This document shows positions 55,834-64,000 of a stretch of 64,000 bases of DNA, one piece after another. The stretch is from Eledone cirrhosa. Its lineage: Eukaryota. Position numbers and translations under genes: made by a program. A model generated the notes under the pieces. The model was not told the origin of the DNA. It saw only the letters and a list, made by a program, of their open reading frames with translations, and did not search any database. Numbering within the stretch: the stretch's first letter is position 1; each line of letters opens with the position of its first letter. Location of the stretch: NCBI GenBank assembly GCA_964016885.1, contig OZ024743.1:214334001-214398000 (forward strand). The letters are read 5' to 3'.

Positions 55834-58800
55834 GTTTTATTTATTAACCACAAGGGTTTACACAAAGTAGACATTAAAGAGAGTACAGAACAATACAGGA
55901 CGGTACAAATGGGCATTTCGGCGTGTAAAAAAAACAAAAACACAGGATGTAACAAACAAAAAAAGGAACAATGAAAAATTCCCCAATAGGAGGGAGACTT
56001 CCGAGGGACATTCGTGGAAAAAGCCCATTAAAAAAAGCCACGGGGAACCTGACCACCAGGGCAAGTGCCCTCTCCCAGTTTTCCACCTTCAATTTACAGG
56101 CACATACTCAGAGCCATTCTTGCCTCTCTCACCCATCTTTCAATAAAATTCTGGGAACAGAGTACTTCCCCCTCTACCCTGATTTTCCTTTTCAAATGAA
56201 ATTTGAAAAAGTTAATCAGGGCATCACCGAAGAGGCAAGTGCTCGTCTTCAGCCCTTTCAAACGCGTCCACCATACTATCTCTTTCGCCATGGCCACCAA
56301 ACAGATAAAAAATGCCTGCCCTTCCCGACTAAAGGAAGAGGGCGGGGAAATCCTCACGATGGACTCAGCTAATAGCTGGATCCATCCTACACGCAAGTCA
56401 GCAAGGCTCGGACACTGGACGAGTGCGTGCAGGACGGTTTCGTCGTCCTGCGCGCATCTTCGACATGCCCGGATGACGGCACGTCCATGCTTGTAGAGTT
56501 TATCCCGAACTGGCAAAGCTGCTCGGTAGCACTGCCAGGCCAGGGATCTCTGGAAGCTGTCCATAGGCCCCGGCCCAAAAGTTCTTCCGAAGAGATTGGC
56601 TAATTGATTTTCGTCGACGCCTAGCGGTTCCGCAAGTACGTCGTCGCTCTTCCTTTCCACTAATCCTATATAGAACGCCAAGGTGGAGTTTCCACCGATC
56701 ACATTACCCGATTGGTCGAGGGTTGTGAGCGCCTGAAGACATTCCAGTCTCCAAGCGCTCCCTCTCGGTCTTCGCTTGACCCAGGATTGCAGCTCCGTCA
56801 AGCAGACGAGCTGGGGAAAGGCGCCTGGAGCAAACGGTGACCACACCTGATCAGCGTCGAGGATAGGTGGAGATGTCGTAGCCTGAGCGCGTGTCTGCGC
56901 ATCATCAGCCACGGCATTCCCAGCACTCCACGTAGCGGGTGTTGACAGCAGATGGATCGCCTGACCATCGGAGCGCCACCCTTCCACAAAAGGCGGAAGA
57001 GCAAACTCTCCAGCGCAGTAAGGCGAGGCTTAGGACAAGGCACGGCGGTCAGGCGGTAGTAGATGATGGACGTGATGTACGCGTTAGCCACCTCCGCTCG
57101 ACATTTCAGGGATAGCTTCCTCTCCGCCCATTTCTGGGTGAGAGAAGCCACGCTGCTCGTCACCTCGTCCCAGTTTTTGTCCGTCTGGAGGTCCGGACCG
57201 AAGACGCTGTTGAACGGAATGGAACTGCCTCTCCAGGTGCCGAGCTGCAGGCCCACCAACTTTTCCTGGTTGATCATTGCTCCTGTCACCGCTGCGTATT
57301 CTCTTAGTATAGTGCCGATCGCCTTGATGTGTTTGGTGTTCGACACCACTACGGTGATATCGTCCGCATATGCTGACACGGATCTTCCGCATCCTTCTTC
57401 GCGCGGGACCCCCTAAACCTCTACAGTTTGTGCAGTAATGGCTCGATAGTCAATACGTACAAGAAGGACGAGAAGGGACATCCTTGGCGGACCGAGCGTG
57501 ACGTTGAACGGTTCCGAAAGGTGACCGTTCACTCTCACCACAGAGCCGATGTCGCGTTGCATGGCAGCGATCCAGCCTATAAAGACGGGCCCAAAGCCAG
57601 CTGCCCTCAGGACTACCGCCAGATAACAATGGTCGACCCTATCGAAAGCTTTCGACTGATCTAAATTGATCAAGGTCCCACCCGAGCCAGATTCCCTAAG
57701 CTACGATGTATCGCATGAGGTGGGGGTTGTCTTGGATGGATCTGTCGGGAATGGCGCCTGGTCTGCGCCTATCTCACCAGACCACCAACGACAAGCGCCA
57801 AGCTCTTTGCTAGGACCTTGCCAAAAATATTAAACTCTGTGTTTATCAGCGTTATGGGCCTGAAATTATCTATATTATCCCCATTGTTTGGATCTTTTCT
57901 CAGCAGCGCCACCGCTCCTCGGCTCACAGAGCTCCGTATTCTCCCGTTCTGTTGCCAGTTGCAGTAACTGTCCGCCAAGAGACCTCCGAACAAGTCTGGC
58001 ATCTGTACGTAAAGTTCATAGGGCAGAGCATCCAAACCAGGCGATTTAGCCCTTGTGCAGCCAGTCATTGCCTCCCGTATTTCAGCTGAGATTATCGGCT
58101 GTTCACAACACTCCGCCTCAGTGGGCAAGAGCCGCGGCAGTTCGTCTAGGTAGACACTAAAGTCCATCCTTCGATCCGACCCCCGCTGCCCCCTAACGGC
58201 TGAGCGAAGTGTCGCTGAAAAGCTTCACTCATTTGCCCGGGATCGAGTAGCATGCACCCGTCGTGGTCCACCAAAGACCGGATCGTGGCTTTGTTTCCAC
58301 GACGCGCCTCCGCCACTCGGGCCCATTGAACGGCTTTCGTACCCTCGTGTCTGAGAGCACGCACCTTAGCTCTGACAACGCAGCCTTCGTGCTTTGCATT
58401 GAAGAATTGGTCAAGGGCAAATTTCGCCGCAAGTACGTCGGTCGCGATGACTTTGCTAAGCGCCTCGTCTAATTTTCTAACTAGTTCTCCCTCTGCTCTA
58501 TGTTTCTCTATTGCTAAAGCCTTACTAAACCTAATGGACTCTATTCTAATCGCTCTTTTCAGAGCAAACCACCATTTGTTGTTGGCGATGGCCCCCGTCG
58601 ACGCCCGCTTAACTAGTTCGCTAATCCGGTCTCTGTAGGCCCTACGCGCTGTTAATGACGCGTTTAGCTTCCAGTAGCCGGGTCCTCGTCTATGAAGCTA
58701 TCTAAGTCAAGCACACAGATCACGAATTTGTGGTCCGTGTAGCTGACTATCTTGAATTGTGGACAGCCTATGCTAGACCTATCTATTTCCTCACAAAATA

Positions 58801-59270
58801 CTCTATCGAGAAATAATCTGGATGACCCGATATGGTTTGTCCATGTCCACATTGGCACATTCGGGAAATCCAATCTGTGCTTGTCACAGTTCAAAACGCC
58901 TGAGCAGATTGGTGAGGCTCTTGCACCCTCCTCCCCTATCCGCTAATCCCACAAAGTCCCAGCGTGTATCTAAAATCCCGTTCCAGTCGCCTACTAACAC
59001 TAAAGAACGGGACGTTCCAAGAAAGGTCTCCAGACACCGGAAGAAATCAGGCCGCCTTGATCCTGTCGGGGCATAGTCTACCACTAGCCTGAAAGCTTGC
59101 CCGTCTCCGCTGGTCACGTCCAGCACCACCAACTTACCTGCTGGGTCCAGGAAGATGGCCCGTATGGCGAGATCCAAACCTCTCCGAATGAGCACAGCAA
59201 CTCCTCATCCCTATCCAGGACGGCTGTGAGATGCATACACATCGTAGCCGCCGAACATCGGGATCGATGG
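55832..59270 (-). mobile_element. Tx1/L1-clade LINE, second family: disrupted ORF2 from inside the APE domain to the 3' end
   Basis: YAPTG, VGDWNG, YTDHK, KSPGLDALPYE, FRPITL, LDQSKAFDRVDH, AYADD, LSLKCRAEVAN, CRRC..DETVLHALVQC, AATAAA, then (TTA)n. Confidence 0.9.
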
Positions 59271-62200
59271 ATGATGCTGAACGGCTGCGACAGGTGATCT
59301 GTAACCCTCACAATCGAGCAGAGGTCGCTGTGCATCGCAGCCATCCAGCCCCTAATAACAGGCCCGAAGCAGGCCGCTTCGAGGACCGCAGCCAGGTACC
59401 GATGGTCGACCCTATCAAATGCTTTAGATTGATCCAAGTTGATCAGTCCCCACTCGTGCCAGGTTACTTTACCACCCTATCTTTGAGGTAACGCATGGGA
59501 TGGAGGTTGTCATGGATGAATCTGTCCGGAATGGCGCATGTGTGCGCCTCTCCGACCAGATCACTGACGACAAGCGCCAATCTCTTTGCTAACTCCTTGC
59601 TCCAAATCTTGAATTAGAATTATGGTAGAATTATGGACCTGAAGTTGTCTATGGTATCCCCTTTGTTAGGGTCTTTTCTCATCATCCCCACCGCTCCCCG
59701 ACTCACAAAACTTTGAATGCTCCCGTTCTGCTGCTGGTTGCAGTAGAAATCTGCAAATAGGACCCCGAATAAGTCTTACATGTACGCATAAAGTTTGTAG
59801 GGCAGACCATCCAAACCTGGCTATTTACCCTTCGAGCAGTCTGACATCTCTTCCCGTATTTCACCTGCTGTTACCGGCTTTGCACAGCACTGTGCTGCGG
59901 TCATCATGAGCCGCGGCAGTCCGTAGAGGTATGCACCGAAGCCCATACTCCGATCTGGCCTGCCGCCGCTCCCGTACAATTGTTGCAAACTGCTGTTGAA
60001 AAGCCGCACACATCTGCTCGGGTTAAAGCATCTTGCGCCCTTTTTGATCAGGAAAAGACCGAATTGTGGACTTGTTACAACGTCGCCCCTCCATCACCCG
60101 GGTCCATTGAACGGCTTTCGTTCCCTCGAGTCTCAGAGCATGTGCTCCAGCTTTGACAACGCAGCCTTCATGCTTTCGCTGAAGGATTGGTTGAGTGCCA
60201 ATCTCGCCACAAGCACGTCGGTTGCGATGCCTGTCCTAAACGCCTCTTCTAGCTTTCTAACTAGCTCTCCCTCTACTCTATTTTCCTCTATCACTACTCC
60301 TTTGCTAAATCTTATCGATTCTACTCTAATAGCCCTTTTCGCGGTAAACCACCACCTGTTGTTGTCGATCGCACACGTCAACGCACGCTTAATTCACTAA
60401 TCCAGTCTCTGTAAGTTTGCGCGCCGGGAATGACGCGTCCAGTTTCCAGTAACCGGGCTCTTGCCTGGAGTCTATCTAAGTCAAATTCGCAGATCACATT
60501 TTTGTGGTCGGTGTAGTCGACTACTTTAAATTGTTGAGAACCTACACTAAACTTATCTGCTTCCCACCAGAATACCCTCTCTAAATACGACCTGGATGAT
60601 CGATGCGGTTTGCTCATGTCCACTTTGGCACATTCGGATAATCCAGTCTATACCTATCAGACAGTTTAAACCCTCTGAGCAGGTTGTCAAGGCTTTTACA
60701 CCCTCCTCCTCTGTCTACTAGCCCCACATAATCCCTGTGTGTATCTACGATACCGTTTCAGTCGCCCACTAACGCTAAAAAGCGGGATGTTCCAAGAAAG
60801 GTCTCTAGACGTCTGAACAAATCTGACTGTCCTGTCCCTGTTTGGGCGTACACTGATACAAGCCTGAAAGCATTGCCTTCACTGCCGGTCACGTCCAGCA
60901 CAACTGACTTACCTTCTGGGTCCAGGAACATGGCCCGTAGAGCGAGATCCAAGCCTCTCCGAAATAGCACGCTTATGCTTCGGAGATTCTGGTCTCGCTG
61001 GTGACCACCACATCTATGCTTAGTGACCTGAGGTCATTGAGCAGGTGACCCTGTTTCCAAGATGATCCGAGGCCACGTACATTTACACTGCCTATTCTGA
61101 GTACGGCCATGCCGGGTGAGGAACGGATAAGTGAGAATGGATCACTTACCTTGATCGTGTAGGGGAAGGGACAGTAGAACCATCTCTTCGGCTGGTCATG
61201 GGTGTCTTCAAGCTGATATCTGTATAGATTCTCTGCGTTGGAGAATTTTTGCTTTAATTGTTTATAGTCTTCCAGTTTAATTTCGACAATTGTAATGTTT
61301 TTAGGTAATGTTCTTGGTGTTGGTGGGATGTGGTAATTTAAGCCTGAAATATCGGTGTGCAATTTTATGTTCCATTAATCCTTTGTGTGTGATGTTTATG
61401 GCTGCGTACATTCTTTGTTTTTTGGGGGTGATGGGGGATGGGGGGGGATGTTTTCTTGATGCTGCTGTTGGGAGTGTGTGCTTTGTTGTGTTTGCGATGT
61501 TGCTGTTTGCGGTGAAGCTGGTGGTGGTGTGGTTGTTGATTGTAGTGATGCCTGTGGTGGTGATGGTGGCGTTGCTGCAAGTTGCCTTGCAGCCTTTACC
61601 CTTCTTTCTTTGTCCTTGCTTTTGGAGTGCGAACCTCAGGGGTTCTTTCTATTTTTGTTATTTTTTGTGGCAGGCTTTTCGCCACTTCACTCCCGCCTCA
61701 TACTCCATATCGGATTCCGTGGCATCTGGGAGGGGTATGAGCAGCAGAGCTGTTGGTAGTGGTAGTATAACCCTCTCCGGCGATTTTGTTGCTGGTGCAG
61801 CTACAGCAAATGTAGCTCCTGGTGTTGCCGCCGCTGCTGCCACTGTTTTAGTTGTCCGTGGCGTTGGTATGGGCGCCACCGGCGTTGCCCTTCTACTCAC
61901 TGTGGAAGAGTCTTCTGCCTCTGTTGCCTGCCCTGCTCTTGGTAGCAGCGGATCAGGCGTCGGAAGGAGGGGGGCTCTATTCTTGGCTGTCTTCTGCGGG
62001 AAAAAGGCGCTGAGGTGACCCTTTTGCCCACAGAGATAGCACTTTGGCCGACTTCCTTCCACACTTCTAGGGAGTTGGAGTCCTTTTTCGAGGTCTATGA
62101 TATCTGGGATGGCCTCGATACACTCCTACCCAGTTTGTATTAGCCTTTGCATGCCTATAACTGACCAATTTTCTCTTCCCATTGTCTGTACTTGCTGCAT

Positions 62201-62600
62201 GGTGGTCCTCGATTCCAGCAAGGACAGACGCGGCGAGCCAAGGTATAGGCATGTCTGCCCGCGGTAAGAGGGCACCAAGAATATCTCCTCAATCTTTAGG
62301 GTTTCCAAAGAGTGAGACTTCGACTCTTGGGGGGGTGGAGAAAACTACGTCTACTCTGGCATACTTTTTGCCTCGGGTGATGTTGGTTTTGCGTGCCCAG
62401 CAACCCCAAGGCCTGTTGGATTTGACCCTCAGTGGCTCTCTCCACCCGATGTGACCTTTTGCTTACAGTGCAGCATGTCACCGTCCGTCGTTGCTGGTCC
62501 TTGAAAAAATCGAGTGGAGGTTTCAGGGAAAGTCTATTGTCACTTCTTGTCACCATGGCCCTTGCGACTGCCATCTCCTCCTCCGTAGGTATTTATTTAA
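59271..62600 (-). mobile_element. Tx1/L1-clade LINE 5' part: ORF1, APE and RT up to just before RQG
   Basis: ORF1 EGSRPKCYLCGQKGHLSA; ORF2 start MAVLRIGSVNVRGLG at ~61110, SETR, YTDHK, DQSKAFDRVDH...SQPFSII, then an abrupt junction. Confidence 0.88.
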
Positions 62601-62920
62601 AATGTTAATAAAGTTAAATAGACTACGAAATATGTAATTCAAACTTTCTTTAATATATAGTTACATTATAACTTCAGTATCTATGAATTAATATCTAAAA
62701 TTTGAAATAGTATCTAAATGAATTAAACCTAGCATAAAAGGGAAAAAAGAGACTAATAGTTCATACATGTTTTCCTTTGAACTCATTGACCAATCCGGTA
62801 ACCTGATACCCTAGCCAGTACAAAACAGCAGCGACAACTGTACGATATGTCTCCCACTCATATAATATATACCGTGTGAAGTCTTTCCAGGCATATGCTG
62901 GCCAGTAGCCGAAGTAAATA

Positions 62921-63113
62921 ACCGCTTGCATATCAACTGATATTTACATCTATGTATTTTATCAATGTGACCGCTTGCATATCAACTGATATTTACATCT
63001 CCTATGCATTTTATCAATGTGACCGCTTGCATATCAACTAATATTTACATCTCCTATGCATTTTATCAATGTGACCGCTTGCATATCAACTGATATTTAC
63101 ATCTCCTATGCAT
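62921..63113. repeat. 52-bp minisatellite, ~4 copies
   Basis: accgcttgcatatcaactgatatttacatctcctatgcattttatcaatgtg starts at 62921, 62970, 63022 and 63074. Confidence 0.95.
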
Positions 63114-63501
63114 TTTTTCTGAAGGGAACATGTTGATTGATGTTATACAAAAGCCATACATTTTCGAAATACGTATCATATAATAAATATAACTGTCTCA
63201 TTTGTTTATTATTATAATAAAACTCCGGTAAAACATAAATCGTTGAGTGCTTGACATCTGTTTTGACATTTTCAAAATTCTCTAATTGAATAAATATATA
63301 TATATATATATATAATAAGTAGTTGACGGACCCAGCATTATTATCAATGCCAGGACCGGTTGTATCTCAGCGTACTCCATGGGCAATGTAAGATACATTC
63401 TCAGAATATACACATAGTTATTCGCTTCAATCCAACACACGTAAAACTGGTGCCTATAATAGTTTCCGGATTCGAGTTTCGGACGCACTAATGCAGTAGT
63501 A

Positions 63502-63554
<53 letters not shown>

Positions 63555-63582
63555 ACATACACACACACACACACACACACAT

Positions 63583-63635
<53 letters not shown>

Positions 63636-63676
63636 ACATACACATATATAACACATACACACATACATATATATAT

Positions 63677-63962
63677 ATTAGAAATTAGAAATTATAAGCT
63701 TTCACCGTATTTTAGACTAAAGAAATTTCTAGCCTGATAGTGGGGTTTATAACCCTCGGAGAAATGGAAAAAGATGAGTGTTGCCGTACATGTATGGCAA
63801 CACTCATCTTTTTACATTTCTCCGAGGGTTATAAACCCCACTATCAGGTTAGAAATTTCTTTAGTCTAAAATACGGTGAAAGCTTATAATTTCTAATTTC
63901 TAATTTTCAAACTCGCGCACCGTTTCAAAAATATACTTACATGTTTACATTTATAATTTGCT

Positions 63963-63965
<3 letters not shown>
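63677..63965. repeat. Near-perfect 228-bp palindrome (63677-63904) plus unpaired tail, in (TA)n
   Basis: Centre ttgccgtacatgtatggcaa; arms differ at few positions; same arm-arm-tail layout as the solo inverted pLTRs. Confidence 0.88.

Positions 63966-64000
<35 letters not shown>

Noticed and set aside
62921-63113. CRISPR-like periodicity
   Set aside because: Units are contiguous with no unique spacers, no cas genes, eukaryotic context: a minisatellite.

Overview
Eukaryotic, AT-rich, microsatellite-dense (TA, CA, GATA, TAA) window made almost entirely of transposable-element sequence; no host gene exon can be supported. The tRNA-derived SINE families resemble those I recall from octopod cephalopods (inference, not verified by search). 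Contents: (1) at least seven Penelope-like element (PLE) copies or remnants (RT + C-terminal GIY-YIG) of apparently three lineages, three with the classic inverted 5' pseudo-LTR; (2) a head-to-tail array of three Tx1/L1-clade LINEs in (TATC)n plus a chimeric relative on the minus strand; (3) an R4/Dong 3' fragment in (TAA)n, RTE fragments, SINEs, a mariner relic and a fold-back element split by a PLE. The most notable signal is non-coding: about 15 type I minimal hammerhead-ribozyme motifs (CUGANGA...GAAA...UH), some with stem covariation between copies. They lie in long DNA palindromes, PLE termini and a ~430-bp tandem array with one ribozyme per unit, a candidate non-LTR retrozyme (circular-RNA retroelement). 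Ribozyme activity, clade names and host species are unverified. Most ORFs in the supplied track are microsatellite artefacts.
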